DNA from: Kudoa neothunni
Lineage: Eukaryota > Animalia > Cnidaria
Assembly (NCBI GenBank): GCA_964304625.1
Contig: OZ199840.1
Location: forward strand, 7,569,544 to 7,633,543
Length of the DNA: 64,000 nt
Direction of reading: 5' to 3'
Within the stretch, counting starts at the first letter, position 1; every line of letters starts with the position of its first letter. The notes beneath the pieces were generated by a model, which was given only the letters and a program-made list of their open reading frames with translations, did not search any database and was not told the origin of the DNA. The position numbers and the translations under genes are program-made. This document shows, piece by piece, positions 38,401 to 52,729 of the stretch.

Positions 38401-39955
38401 TTTATACATACTTCGAGACCTTCGAGACCAAATCTTTTTTCCGATGGATACTTCTTAGCCAGATACTTTTCGAACCTAAACATAATCAAAATAGATCAAA
38501 CAATGATTGTGTGGTTATGAATCTTTAATTCATAAGACTGTATAATAATACATAGTGGCCTTTATCAATCGTTCTAACAATAATAATCTATCCTGTTGAG
38601 TAATTTTAAATCTTGAGCCATTTTCCATGGCGTCTTGGATCCATTTTTCTAAATTAAATAACGGCCAAAATTAACATCTAAAATATTAACACACAGGAGG
38701 CCATTTTAGGTATATTTAATAAAAATTTGAAGTTTAGTATTTATTCATGAACAAATACTAAAGTTTATACTATTTTATTCTAATAATAAAACTTTTACAC
38801 TAACAGATAGTCGTAATATGAGTGATATGAGTAATAAAGTAAAATACTAGTATTCCAATCTAGAATGTATTTGTACTCTACTCCAATGTTACCACAATAG
38901 ATTTTCTAGTCGACAACGAAAATGATCGTTAACAAATAAATTAACACAAGGTACATCCAACTGTTTGATCAGATCTCGAAGTTGGATAGGTGTTCCATCA
39001 GTAGCCTCAAATATATCAACAGGGATCACAAAATACTTTTCCAAATCGCCTTCATCTAATCCAACTGACTTAATGATCAACTACACTAATTGTACCTAGG
39101 CCATGAAAAGTGTAATTCAACATATCAGCTGTATGGAAATGGGAGCGTTCTCCTATTTCCAAAGCAAGGGGATCTACAGTTGCTCGTAGATGGCCGCAAC
39201 CCTAAAAAAATCAACGCCACCTCATAAAAGTTATTCAGGGGAAATTAATAACATCGAAAATAATTTAAATGAGGAAGGAATTTTAGTTGATAAAAAAATA
39301 CTTGATAAGCTTTGATTAGCGAGAATACTTTGGCTAGGTCAGTAGAAGCAGTTACAGTCTCAGTTTCGGTTCCGGTTATCCTTATTTCTGTTGGTATTGT
39401 AGAGAATTGTTGGAAGTTGACTTTTTCGGGTTTAAATCTCTCTGGAGGTGTATATATATGCCCAAAATCTGACCCAATTTGATAATTTTTGAAAATTGCA
39501 TTCCATGACTAACGCAACGCATTAATAACGGCATTTGTTTATACGTTCAAAGTAAAAGGGAGAATATCTTTTAATTCCCCCTCAAATGTAATTAATTCAG
39601 GCAAAATAAAAATTAATTAGAAAATATTTTGAGGCAAAATTATACAAATATTTAAACGATTGCAACCATTTTAATGTATAATTCGGTGTGGTATATCAAA
39701 CTTACACCATGCACAGATTTTGGATCATCCAACCAACATTTATACATTTCTTCCATGTAGGTAGAATTGGTGCCATTTAGAAAGGACATATTCCTCCGAT
39801 TTGGTTTAAGTTGCAATGATTTATTGTAACAGATAGCTTTCTTATAGGTACAACATTGTGCTTCTTGATCAAAAAAAGATCATTATTTTGAAAATTAAAA
39901 TTAATTCACGTGTCGTATGAAGAAGACAATGTTTGGGACCCACTAAACTCCTCAT
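29435..39955 (-). CDS. OGDH: 2-oxoglutarate dehydrogenase E1, mitochondrial, multi-exon
   Basis: Motifs [114 protein letters not shown]. Stop at 29435-29437. Predicted start at 39955 (MRSLVGPKH..., an acid-free, targeting-peptide-like leader) needs an AAG acceptor. One 6,123-bp intron at 32289-38411. Confidence 0.96.
33450..33664. mobile_element. Small hAT-type MITE in the OGDH intron
   Basis: TIRs caacgttttccaa / ttggaaaacattg. Degenerate 8-bp TSD atttactg / atttccta. Confidence 0.6.
33902..37935. mobile_element. TTAA-flanked piggyBac-type non-autonomous element in the OGDH intron
   Basis: ttaa|ccttagaaa ... tttctaagg|ttaa. Long subterminal inverted repeats at ~33925-33985 and ~37695-37750 (gggccc...aagtataaattgatcaa). 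Confidence 0.75.
34372..36875 (+). mobile_element. hAT (SPIN/Buster, GTF2IRD2-like) transposon with pseudogenised transposase at ~34867-36721
   Basis: BED finger [52 protein letters not shown] and [12 protein letters not shown], with several frameshifts and stops. Left-end-like ctggccaaaccgtggctctcg at ~34378. Right end eroded. Confidence 0.88.
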
Positions 39956-41449
39956 TATTAAATGTCGCACGCACTACTACGAAAATCGTTTTTGTATTAA
40001 GTCGGACCGCTGATAAAAATAATTTAAAGTAGAGGGTTGGTTTTAGCACGTGATGTAAAATCCACTCGATTATACGCTAAAAATGCATTAAATCCGTTTG
40101 TTATTTAAATATTACTAATCACCGACAATCACGTGAATTGTTTATGATCCTGAAATCAGCCACTTTCTTATTTAGTTGCATAGCTTTAAGGTAGCAACGG
40201 GTGTTTATGTATTGCACCTTTGAGAAAATTACTGCCAATTAGATTCCACAATCACTGTGGTCCCATTCCAACTTACCGTTATTATTCAATCGTCGTCTTA
40301 ATCCCCATGGCTCTTAAGTTCATCATATCAATTCAACACGTTTATACAGATGTCTATTAAATTATTTTAAACAATTTATTTGAAAAATTTTAAATTTCCT
40401 ATGAACAAAGAGATAAAAAACATAGTTTATCTTGGGATCATGTGACTACATCATTGTGTAAGTAGATATTTGAATGAAAAATAAACCGATCTCATGAGGA
40501 TACCGCTCTATAGAGATTGATAAATCAAAGAATTTAAAACTCTATATATAATAATAAAAGAAGTTTCATTATTAATAAAAAGATAATCATCTCAATTTAG
40601 CTCTTTTCTTTTAATGAATTGATTATCTGTTTGCCCTGTCATTAGATTAGCTCTTCCTTGTCAACGATCAATGATAACGACGATTGTTTGAGCTATAAAT
40701 TTCGAGTTTTCTCGATTGAGAATAAATCTAGGCGATTGGATTTATAAAAATTGTGAATTAACACTCGTACTGAGTCGACAGTTTCCACCTTTAAATGTGA
40801 TTGGGGTCGTTTTTGTCCCCAGGATAGAAATAATAGTTTTACGAATAAATTACTCCATTAAAAACTACAAACATATTAAAATTTGGGAAATATAATTATC
40901 TAGTTATAATTTTGGATGCAAGTTTCACAAAATAGTGATATGAGAGTTACACATAGGTTTCATTTTCATACGATTTTGATGGCAAATTGAACGTTAATTA
41001 TTATGCTCTCCTGGGCGAATGGAACATCTTATCCTCTAATTTAAATCTCTTTTTTACTCAATTTAAACTTATAAATTGTCCTTTGTTATACATCGTTCAA
41101 CATTTTTATCAAATTATAATAATCAGTGATTTCTCTTTTCTCTTAAACATTACAGTTATAAATAGACATAATGAATCGAGCACTCTTAGTTTTAAATGAA
41201 TGGGTCATAAAAACCACGCAATAGCGAGTCTTTACATATAGATAATTTTTTTTATTTTTTAATGTTAACTATGTTTACAGGATGATAGAATGAAAACAAT
41301 ACCAAAAAAAGCACTGACTATTGCAACGGATGGGAATATCTAATAAAATGACGTTCGTATCAAAATTTAAATTCCCCAAATACATATAATAAAAAGTGAA
41401 TTATTAATAAATAAATTTTCAAAAGAAAATAAGTTAGTTGACTTTCTAC

Positions 41450-44400
41450 CTGTAAATTGACCAATTATGCATAAATTAAGCCGAATCTTTCTTCAAGAAT
41501 TTATATTTGAATTGTATTTTGAGTAACCTTGAATATAAGTATCGTAATTTTTAGAAGAAATTACAAGGAACGATAAACTTACCAAGAGATTTAGAGCGCA
41601 TGCTAAAAATACTCTAATGCGTTCCATCTTGTTTCTGTCAATTCTATCATATTTCCTTGATAAAACGTAGATAAAAACAATCAATAATATTTTTTAGTTA
41701 ATTTTATTATAAAAGTGGATATAACCGTTTTTAAGATGAAATAATTGTGATTTTAAATTGCTCATTGATATTTTCTAGGTAATCTAATGACTGTTAGATC
41801 GTAATCATTAGGTCGCCCTACTGTTCTTATTTTGGAGGAAGATTTTAAATCTATATAAAATTGAATTAACAAATTCTGTATGATTATTTAACTGCGGAAA
41901 TTATCGTCGATTTCGCGCTCATCTATCTGCTGGTCATTTTTCATACTATGCAAGTCTTAAGATGGGTCATTAGTAAGTAACCTGGTTGAGGGTGCCTCAT
42001 AAATTTCATTCTTTTCATTTGTTTGAAGTTTGATATCTAATATTTATTTGAGCAACTTATATTTATATCATCTCTTTTTTAAATTGGCTCGTTATTTTAT
42101 ACCTGATTATCGTATTTCGAATTATTCTCGTTGATTTCACTCTGTACTTAAAGTTAGTCACATCATTGTAAATGAATATTTTATAACTATGTTTAATAAT
42201 TTTCCAGTTACAAACATTATTATCTCCAATATAATTTCAATTTCCCTAATATCAATTATTGAGTTGAGGATAAATTCATCGCAATATTCTGCAGACGTTG
42301 ACATGTGTTGGTTTGTATAGACTTATGCATTTTATAAGCAATTTGAACAGGTTCAAGTTTATCTTCAGATATTTCTTGTCATTTAACACTGTCACTATGT
42401 TTAGCATTATTATTAGATGGGAAATATCTTTTTCAAAATAAATCAAATGGTAATGTTACGTAGAGTTGAAATTAATATTAATACTAAAACGATAAATGGG
42501 TATCTTTATCGATAAGGTCCATTATAAAAATTAAAACCACCAACGAAATGTCAAAACAATTAATCGAATTGAAATAATATCGTTAAGCAGTTTATTTACA
42601 ATCATTGTTGCAAACAAACCACAATAACACAAGCGTACGTATTCTTAATTAACTTATCGTATATATCGATACTTCTTGATGTATAAAACCAACACAACAA
42701 GATTTGAAAACCACTCATATATATTAGCTAAAATATTAATATACTGAAGAAAAATATCAAGCAATGTATATTAGGCCAATTTATAGGTGTAAAGTCAATT
42801 GGTTTATTTTTCTTTGAATATTTATGTATTAATAGTTCATTTATTAATATATGCATTTATGAAGTTAAAAGTTTGATATGAGCGTTATTTTAATAGATAC
42901 TCCCATCCGTTACAATAGTCATTGCCTACCATAAAACTAGGTCTCTCTCTAAAAAGAATAACGTCAATATCATGGAATTGCGCAACACCCAATCTCGACA
43001 GTAGTACACATTTGAAATATTGTGTTGGCTCCTCCCTTGGTTTAGTTGTAAAAAATAATCATCTCCGATAATTTTTTCGGATGATTCATATAAATAACTG
43101 GCTCATGATGAAATGAGCCTAGGTTGAGCAGGAATTTATTATTTTAAGACATATCGCTTAGCATTTAGTGATGGCAGACTTTTTGTGAAATGTGATGTAT
43201 ATTATTCTCTTGTTCTAAAAGATAAATGAGCAGATGAGTCATATTCTATTCAAACATTAAATTTATTTCCTATATTTTATTTCTTATTACTTTAATCATC
43301 ATGTTAGAAGAAAACGATGTCAAAGGAGATGCCAGAATTATATAATAACTTCACATCCGATATTTATATACGTGGACTTTAAGAGTTCTGTTACAATATA
43401 TGGCGTATCCGTTCGGTCGTTACAAAATTTGAATTCGTCTAATCTAAAAAATCTTGTAATAGTTGTCTTTAAGCTGGAGTTGAGGCATTCTAATCTATTG
43501 TTTGTTAGGTTGTCGTAATGATGCCATTCATTACTAAAGGAAATTATTCATTGGGAACGAGTTGGGTCTCACTTTTTCCCGAATTAAGCATTAAAATCTT
43601 CATAACTGTGACTGTATAGTTATGTAAGTAAGAATTTATATGAGTTCTTCGTTTTTAGTATACATCATTTTTTAAACATTATCCAAAATAATATATTTCA
43701 TTTTTTTATATTATATCTAGTAAGCTTCAATTCTTGCTGGAAAATTTGTATCGCATGAAATTTACAGGGAATTAATGCAGAATGATTTTTCAAAGCTTAA
43801 CGAAATTTAAAAGCCTTATTAATAACAATGGGCAGTACTTTTAATTATATAAAAGGAAAATTGTTATTAGTTGATCGATACATCAGTTGATAACGACTTC
43901 AATTTCCTCATCCATAATTCAGGCACTGCTTTCGGAAGATGATCCCATCGAATCTTCTGTAACCGTCAGATACAGGGTACATTGTAATACAGGAATATAA
44001 AAATTATTAAAAATAGGTATGGTATAACATGCCAAAATTCATAAATAAATCATAATGAATTTAGTGGTTTGTAAGGTGCATCAACTAAAAGCAACTCGGG
44101 GGAAATGGAACAATCTTGTTCATTTCTTCTTTTAAAAATAACCTTACATTAATTTGATTGTCTTCACCAACCAATATTCACACGTCTAAATTATAATCAA
44201 CGCTGAGCGATGGAAAAATATAGTTTATATCAGTTATTTTATTTGATATATTTATTTTGGTATTATGTACTGACTTCAATGTAATGTTTCCCCTGTCTAT
44301 TGCTGGATTTTAGACCGCAACAATTTTTTATTGGCGCTCAAAGAAATAAACTCTGATATAAAATCTTTATTCTATTCCGATTTACGTTTTGGTTAAAAAT

Positions 44401-44780
44401 AGCTAAAAAATTCATTTGTTTCGTGATTATGATTCAAATTCAAGGATCTAACTTCAACTATTTGTCCATGGGAACTAATACTCGAAGTTACATGAACCAG
44501 ACATTCTCCTTTTAAGTCTAGCTTTGTCTTACGCCATTTGACCTGTATTGATACTGATTATTAACATAGCATATTTATGTTATTGAATAATACACCAAAA
44601 CCTCATTAAATGTTTTGAGGAGAATTCGCTTGATTTTGTTTATTTTATAGAATCGCGCTTCGTTAGGTTATTTTACATTTTCTTTTCGTATAACTGTATG
44701 GAATCTTTAAGATGCGTATATGAGGTAAACTTTTTACTCACCATAAAAATATCAATTCTCATGCCATCTTCCATTGCACT
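41450..44780 (-). pseudogene. Degraded Mutator/MULE (ZSWIM3-like) transposase
   Basis: Manual translation of fragments: FTSYTHLKDSIQLYEK, EVRSLNLNHNH, ANKKLLRSKIQQ, PELLLVDAPYK, FHAIQIF, TNNRLECLNSSLK, PKIRTVGRP. Many stops. Termini not resolved. Confidence 0.75.
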
Positions 44781-46296
44781 TGTTTGCGTAAGAGTTATCT
44801 GCATTGAACTTAAATATTTCTTTTCAGCTAAGTAATTTACATAAATTCATAACAAAAAGCGTAATACATATTACTTTTAAACCAATGAATTACATTAGAT
44901 GCGATATCGAATGAATTATATGCGAAAAAAATAACCTGACAAATCGCCATGTAGTATAGATAGGAATTTATGGGAATTGAGCAAACAAATGTGTTTAATA
45001 TAAGCAAAGTCAAATATTTGGTCATATAATTGTATTGCTAACTCATTTGACACACATCTGTGGTTTTGTGCCGTGAAATCTGAATAACTAAATATCAACT
45101 ATCGGTTCGTTATGATAATAAACAACCTGAAAAATTTTAAATAAATCTTAACTTTATGTATTGTGAAAATCATGATTAACAATATTTAACTTTATATAGA
45201 CTTTTGACAGTTCAATTAACTTTGATAATGTCAGCATCTACAGGCCGATAATTTGACATTAAATAATAAACCATAAATCATTTATTAAAAAATCTGATTG
45301 AATATGTGACGGATGACACGCGTCAACCACGTTTAGATTAGCCGTTCCTAGTCGGTAGTTATATTGTATTATTGATCATGGCGTCCTCTCATGACAACGC
45401 GACAAATTCCACTGTTACAGAATAAATGGGGAAAATTAAATGATTTGGGAATATTGAGAAATTCATTAGCATGTCAATAGCCAGTACCGACAAAGGATTA
45501 TGCTCTAGCGTGTCAATAACAAATGTCCCTTTCCTTGATGCGTCTAATGGCTAATCTGGGATTCAGGGGTTAATCATATTTGATAATATTTGCAACAGCT
45601 TTAACCTAGAAATTTTAGATGAAATAAATTTTAAAAATTTTATTCGATTTCTATCAATTCAGGTTTTCTATAAATACGATAATTTATAGGGTTATACTTT
45701 AAGTATCAGGAATTAATTGAAATTAAAAAAATATTGTGAGAAACTTTCTATGCACGATTAATAAAACGTAAGTTTTAACTTACTTACATTAGTACTTTAA
45801 ATTAAAAAATGTAATTATGAGTGTAATCATAATCTTGTTCTCACTGAATAAGATGTAGTGATTCATTCGGTTTCATTAATTAATATTTTACAGATATATA
45901 AGTTATGTGATAGGAGTGTAATAGGATTTGTTACTTTATGAATTCTAATAAAGGCTTATCTTTAAGCATTTGAGTCAATAAACACGATATTTGTATAGTT
46001 AATTTGTTATTATAGGTTATAAATTATAACTTATATTTTAGGAGGGTACAAAAATAATCACCCTAACAACTGTCGATATATTAAATATTGAGAATAGTCA
46101 GTTCAGCGGATATCTGACTATGCCGTGCATATGCTCTTTACAATGAAATCTTATATCTTTATCTAACTAGCATAAATGCCTACTCGGTCTCACTATAGGC
46201 AACAATTATAGAATGTAAAAACTAAAAACATAATAGTAACCATTTGCGAAAATTCAGCTCATAAAATTGTTAATCAACTAGATCATCCTATATATA

Positions 46297-46761
46297 CAGT
46301 CGAACCCCGTTCATCCCAAAATCGCGCTATCGGAATGATTTTTTAAAACTCGTTTGAAAATGACGTAGATTCTAAATAAAAAATTTCATTTAATCGAAAT
46401 AACTTTTTTCTGGATTTTCGGATAAAAATGCCTTAAACTATGGATTAGCATCTGGTTAAAATGGCACCTACGTTTATTTTTTTGATACACATGTTCGTTA
46501 TTAATCCAATTTAAGTTTACGTTGGATCTAGAAATATTGTGCCTTAAACTAATGTTTTCGCATTGTATTCACTATAATAACCTATATATAGTAGAATTTT
46601 CTTTAAAAATATAAAACAAATATTAAAAAATAAAGTATGTAATCAACCTACAATATTCCCCGCCGCACATGCAAATTCATCGAACTTCGTTTAACCGAAA
46701 GTTCAACATCCGAAAGGAAAATGTCAGGTCACAACATTTTCGGATAAACAGGGTCCGACTG
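46297..46761. mobile_element. pogo/Tigger-type MITE upstream of the TMC gene
   Basis: TIRs cagtcgaaccccgttcatcc / ggataaacagggtccgactg, inside TA runs. Confidence 0.85.
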
Positions 46762-47043
46762 TATATATATAGATAGATCAGAATAATCAAGTTACGATTT
46801 AGAGTAAGTGTTATAACACCACAGTATACTAATAAGGACTTAGCCGATTAATTTTAATAATTCTGGCGATCATTTAACTTTAAATGAGAAAATCGGTGCC
46901 AATAACAAATATACAATTTAAGTTAGAAGATCGGCTATGCCGATTTCAATTCAGTGGAAAATTCGCTCTATATAATTCATTGTCAATCGCAAGATCCTAA
47001 TCCCTCAATTTCATTATCGAACTTAATCAATATCCTATTTAAT

Positions 47044-50000
47044 ATGATGAATCAAACAGGTGCCAATAAAAGTAAAAGCATACATTCGTTGGATGATTGC
47101 ACTCTGGAGAGGAATAACCAAGAAAAAGTTCTAACCAAAACCACCAAACGCGTCCCAACCAGGTACAGTGTCGACGTAGGTAATGGTCGGCCACTCATGG
47201 AGAAGCAAGTCTCGCCAAATCCGTCCATAAACATTGATATTATTCCACATGAGGGCTCGTCCGATTCTAAACCGACAGTTCAGCATAGTCGTCGAGTCGA
47301 CAAACGGGGTGGTATTGGGCGTCGAAGGAGCAAAAGTAGGGATTACATCAATTACAGATATTCTCGAGCTGGAACTAGGGCAAAAAATCGTCTTAATTTC
47401 TATGGTGAAACGCCATTTGACAGCGAATGTACAGAACCGTCGAGAGTAAGCCTTTCCAAATTAGAGTTGAGTATCCTCAATGTATTGGATGAGGAAATTG
47501 GTCAATCATCAAAAGGCGACACTCCCAAAAAAAGTCCTGACCAAAGTTCTCGACACCCAATGAGTTCTCTGGTTAAAAAAAAACAAATTATACAAAATCG
47601 AGAAGGATTGACTAATAACGAGAATGCACCCACACATGATAATCAGTTGGAGTTGGGTTGTAACGAGCTGAGTAAACGACGCTATCGATACAAATCTCCT
47701 GCCAACAACGATATAGAAATGCGCAGTTCACGTCGAATGCAAGTAGATTGTATTTTTAGATTAATTTTTACAACAAAATCAATCATAGAAAAACAAGTTT
47801 CGTCCAGTATCCAAAATTGTGGACGTAACGCCACGTGAAACCACTACTATCGAACCACCAACGACGAATCAAGGTATTTTTAAAACTAGTCTTAAATCCC
47901 ATATATTACATATTATTAAAATATAATAATAATAATAATAATTTATTTTTGCACACATTATTATAGTCTATATACATTTATTTATATTGTATGTAGATCA
48001 TTTTACGTCAATTCACGATAAAAATTTCCTACAAACATTTAAAAAATACCGTCAGCAATTACAAAATAACGCCATCACAATTATCAATAAGAGTGAAGAA
48101 GAAAACACTACGGAATCTGTTAATGAGCAGCATGATATTGTTGATAAAAACACAAAAATCTTTATTGTCGAGGAGGAGGAGCAAGATTTCGAATATTTAC
48201 AGAAACGTGATAAGGTTTTTGATGTAGCCATAACATATGCGAAAAAAGAGGAGACAATTCGGGAGATACTTTACGATCCAAATCATGTGCCGAAATTTCA
48301 AAACCTAGGTTCCAAAGTTGGTAACATCTCCAAAAAGATAAACGAACCTTGGGACAAGACCATGGATAATATGACCAAAAAATATGGTGCTGTCGTTAGA
48401 AGAATATTCAATTATTACAAAATCGCTGCTTTGATGAATTTCATCTACAGTGTGATTGTAGTTGTACTTATCATCCTACCTGAGGTGTTGTTAAGATACG
48501 GAATATTGGTTGAAGAACCGATCAAATATGATGTCTGCATCGACAACGCTCATACTTCAGCAATAGGCCAAAAGCCAAGCGGTGTAAGTTCAGCAAAAGG
48601 AGGCCCTGAAACAAATGTATGGGAGACGATTCAATTGGTGATAAATGATTTTTTCACTGCGGAAGTAATCTAAACATTTTTTATCCGGCTAATACGTGTG
48701 TATGAGTCATTGGCTGTAGCTATTATATAGAACTACTTAAAAGACACCTTTATATTCTACCCATACTACACTGGAACTTCATTGCGAATCAAAGGACTAA
48801 CTAATTTTATTATACCAAGAAGAGTTATATATGTGGGAACTATGTTGTTGATATATACCATCACGGGTATTCCGGTAGTATTTATGTAAGTTACTCAATT
48901 GCTAATTAATCAACCAATTCCGATATCAGCATGGAACTATTAAATAATTCATTGGTTTATTTAGTTGTTTTAATCCATTGAATCGGTGTTTTTTTATTTT
49001 CTGGTTGATATGGAATAAAAGATATGTCATATTTTATAATCATTGTTTAAAAATTTAGATTGATCACACAATTTATTGGACGTGCTAAAATGTACTCGAT
49101 GAATTTTTGTAAAACTGTCTTCTGTTCCCTTGATATGAATAAACGTAGTCAGAGAGTAATTTTAGACGGACAAGGAATGACACGACAAGCTCTAATGGTA
49201 ATTATTTAATTTATTAGACAAATATAACTGGGGTAAATACGCCGCTTTTCGCTTTTCAATGTGATAAATCTCTCCTTTCCACTCTCCTCTAATAAATAAT
49301 AAATTTGTCATCAAGGAACTTATTCAAAATGAAAAGGCGAAATACCGTAGGAGTAAATCTTCCCATTTCAAGGTTTTCACGATGGTCAAGAGAACGTTCG
49401 TGTGGTTGCTCGTTGTTGCAGTACATGTGTGCTTCATACTTACTATAAGATACGTCGTCAATTTGGACTACGAGGAACAATCAAATGTACTTTACTATCC
49501 GACCAAATCTACTTAAATTTATTTTAGGAAAAAACTAAACGTTTTAAAGATTGGATAGCAAGGGAACTCAAGCCATACGCTTTTAACTTGGCCATTTTTC
49601 TTTTTCACTCCATTTTCCCGCCACTTATCGAAAAATTAGCTTCAATTGAGGATTACACATCTAATGAATTATCTAACGTCACAACTATAAGGTTCGATTA
49701 TTAATATATTTACTACAATGTTTCATCGTCATTTTCTTTAGGAACACTATACTCTATTTGTTCCCCATTATATGGATTATATTCCCTTTCAGGATGATAT
49801 CCAGTGGAGACGACTGCACGGTATCATCCTTACAAAATTTTCCGATCTTAATCAGCTCAATGTTTGATAGTGCAAGGAGCTTATTGTTGGAAAGTTGATG
49901 TATGCCATTGCAGTAACAACTTTCCTATGCGATCTTGCAAAATATTTGTTGCTACTACCGTTGTACACGTATGTTTGTGATTGATATTTGACATTGCAAT

Positions 50001-51046
50001 ATTTTCACTCATAGCTATACTAAAAACTTCGTCTTAATTTTTTAAAAATTATAAACCATAAGTTTTTTAAATAAATACATGCCAATTGATCGTACTTGAC
50101 TTAAATATCAAAGATTGGTACGTTGTAGCTATTTTAATAATTATATTATCTAGGAAAATTTCTCGATTGCTCTGCAACAAAAGATACAGACCTGCGTTCA
50201 ATGTTTCCAACAACATTCTTACAATTGTATATGTGCAAGCTAATGTGATGTAAAAATTAAAATTTTAGAGATAATTCTATCAAATAATGTGTTTAGTGCC
50301 GGGATGCCTTACTTTTTATTGGCACCAGTCATAGGATCGTTGTACTTTGTCGTATTCTTTTTTGTTTGTAAGGTAAGCTAGTATTATTTTTATCAAATTT
50401 GAAAGTCATTTTAATCAAATAATTCCACATAGCTGGGTTTGAAACTAAGGCATGCATCCCCTCCAAGCAACTCAGCCGTCGCACCCACCGCTGTAGTCGT
50501 TATTCTAATTTACACGGTGGTTATCATCTCAGCTACACAATTCTATCTGTTCTTTTTTGAGTAACTCTTTTTGTCTTGCATCATGTTCAATAATACCTAA
50601 CAACTATAGTATGAATCCAGGTGATTGTGGGGTGTTCAGGTAAGATATTCTTCCATAATTTAACATACTAAAAAATCAACAATAATACTTTTATTTGATT
50701 CAACCACTTTATAGAAATTTTGGTTCAATGAAACGTTCCATGGATATGATATTAAAAGAATTGAAACTCGATTCCTATACGATTGTGTCCAATTTTCGTC
50801 ATACACTCAGAGCTGGCCCCCTATTTATATTCATTTCGGGAATTTTTAGGTAATATTGTTTCAAATATATTATGAATATTTTTCCTTGATAGCATTTTTA
50901 TGATGGTAACTTTTTCAAATGCAGCATTCCAAAAGAAGCGTCGAAAGCTACTCAAGGCTGCCGTTTCAGAGGTAACGTCCATGCTTGGTATTAATAATGC
51001 TACTTCATTCTTCTTGTAGAATATACATGAAAAAACCCCTCTTTAA
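47044..51046 (+). CDS. Transmembrane channel-like (TMC) family protein, multi-exon
   Basis: Long basic, disordered N-terminus followed by divergent TMC-like blocks in the expected order: MTKKYGAVVRRIFNYYKIAALMN...LIILP, TFIFYPYY, VFCSLD, FPPLIEKLASIEDY, AFNVSNNILTIVYVQ...GMPYFLLAP, PGDCGVF. Stop at 51044-51046. Confidence 0.85.
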
Positions 51047-51540
51047 CATCCAACATCCTTTTAGTTACCATTCAACTGGCGGAGGTTCATTAAATGTGTT
51101 GTTATAAATGATTATTTTTATATATTTACTTTTTTTTCTTTCATAATATTCATTTTTATTGGTATCGGTGTTTATATTATATAATTTTTTTCTCCGCTCT
51201 CTCTGAAAATAGTTCAATATTTTGTTTTATTTTTACAGGTTTCTAAGAAAACCTTTTATTATAATTTAGATAAATTAAGATAATTATGTTAATTCTGTAA
51301 TAATTTGAGTCCACTAATTTTTTTCATCACTACCAATAAATCCGTAAATTCACTAAACGTCAACTTAATCCGTTTAGAGCTGTTTATATGTTAAATTCAC
51401 CGGTATTTCTAAATATCACCAGATTGAAAATTTATTATTCATGAGAGACACATTCTTTCAATACAAAAATAAATCATGTTAATCTGCGAATTATAGGGCT
51501 CAACTTATTCTCTATTATCCGCCTTTCGAAATATTTTTAA

Positions 51541-52729
51541 CCCTCTCTCTCAAGACTCTGGGGTCTATTGGACTCCAAATCATAATTAATTAATCCAGTA
51601 TTATATATGTAATAATCATTCTTAAAATTCTATCCAATCTCCTAACTTACAATATTTTTCATTCTTTTAAAATCTCAAGTCGAGTGAATAAAAGTAAGGC
51701 ATAGAAAAAAAACTATCCTCTAAGGACTTTTGGGGTCCAATGGACCCCACCACCTTTTTTGGTCAGTGTGCCTTAAAAATAAATAAAAATGTAACTACAC
51801 AAGTATTATTCATTTATTCACATAAAAATTTATAAATATGTTATGAAATTAATTGATTAATTAATGTTTATTTTTCGTAAGGACTTAATTATTCGCACGT
51901 GACCGATAATTAAAATTGATATGGTAAACCTTCATTTACACATATAAAGTAAATTTGTAGAAACATAAAAATAAATATAATCTATTCGAACAAATTTAAT
52001 AATTAAACTCAGTCCCCTTTGAAATGAAATCTTCCAAATAATTGATATATTGATTATTTATTCACAAATTATGTTTGTGAAAAAGACAAAAAGCAACCTA
52101 ACATGGTTTAACGTGCTGAGTACAATAGAAAGAAGGGCCAGCCGGGTTTTTCATGATATTTGCTTTGCCGATTTTTGATGTTATCAGTTTACTAAAACCC
52201 TGTATAATATCACTTAATTGATTATTAGGTCTTCAGTATTTACACACTCCACCAATTCAATCGACGTTCCTGATTATTCCGTACAGTGTTCTTCAAATTC
52301 ATTTCCCAAAGATTGAAATTCATCAAGACACTCACCAGTTTTACTCATTTTTGTGCGGGAAATGCGGGATCGGGTGACATTATTTGAGCAGAGTAACAAT
52401 ACGCTCTTGAACGATAATTTAAAATATTTATCAATAAATAAATTCACTTGAATTGTTGATTTTTCAAAAATTTAAGAATATTCAACAACGGTTTTATGTT
52501 TTATATAACGATTATTTGGGATCCAGCCCTACACGTTGCCGACGAAACTATGACGGATTAATTACACAAAATGCTTGACTCTTTTCTTCAAATTTATCCG
52601 GTAGAAACTTTTTAAACTGTATAAAATGATATATCTATATTTATTAAGTTAATTCATCAAATAAAAAACTGGGGTCTTGTGGACCCCAAAAATCTTCGAA
52701 GGGTGATCGTTTTCGCTGACCATAGAGGG
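51541..52729. mobile_element. Non-autonomous piggyBac element
   Basis: ttaa|ccctct ... agaggg|ttaa, with three internal ggggtc-N5-gac(c/t)cc palindromes. Confidence 0.85.

Noticed and set aside
39855-39885. Apparent frameshift at the OGDH 5' end (T7 run)
   Set aside because: A short upstream exon and an intron ending in AAG restore the frame without an indel.
44837-45098. Two overlapping short ORFs as a separate gene
   Set aside because: No recognisable motif, broken frame, and adjacent to a MULE relic.
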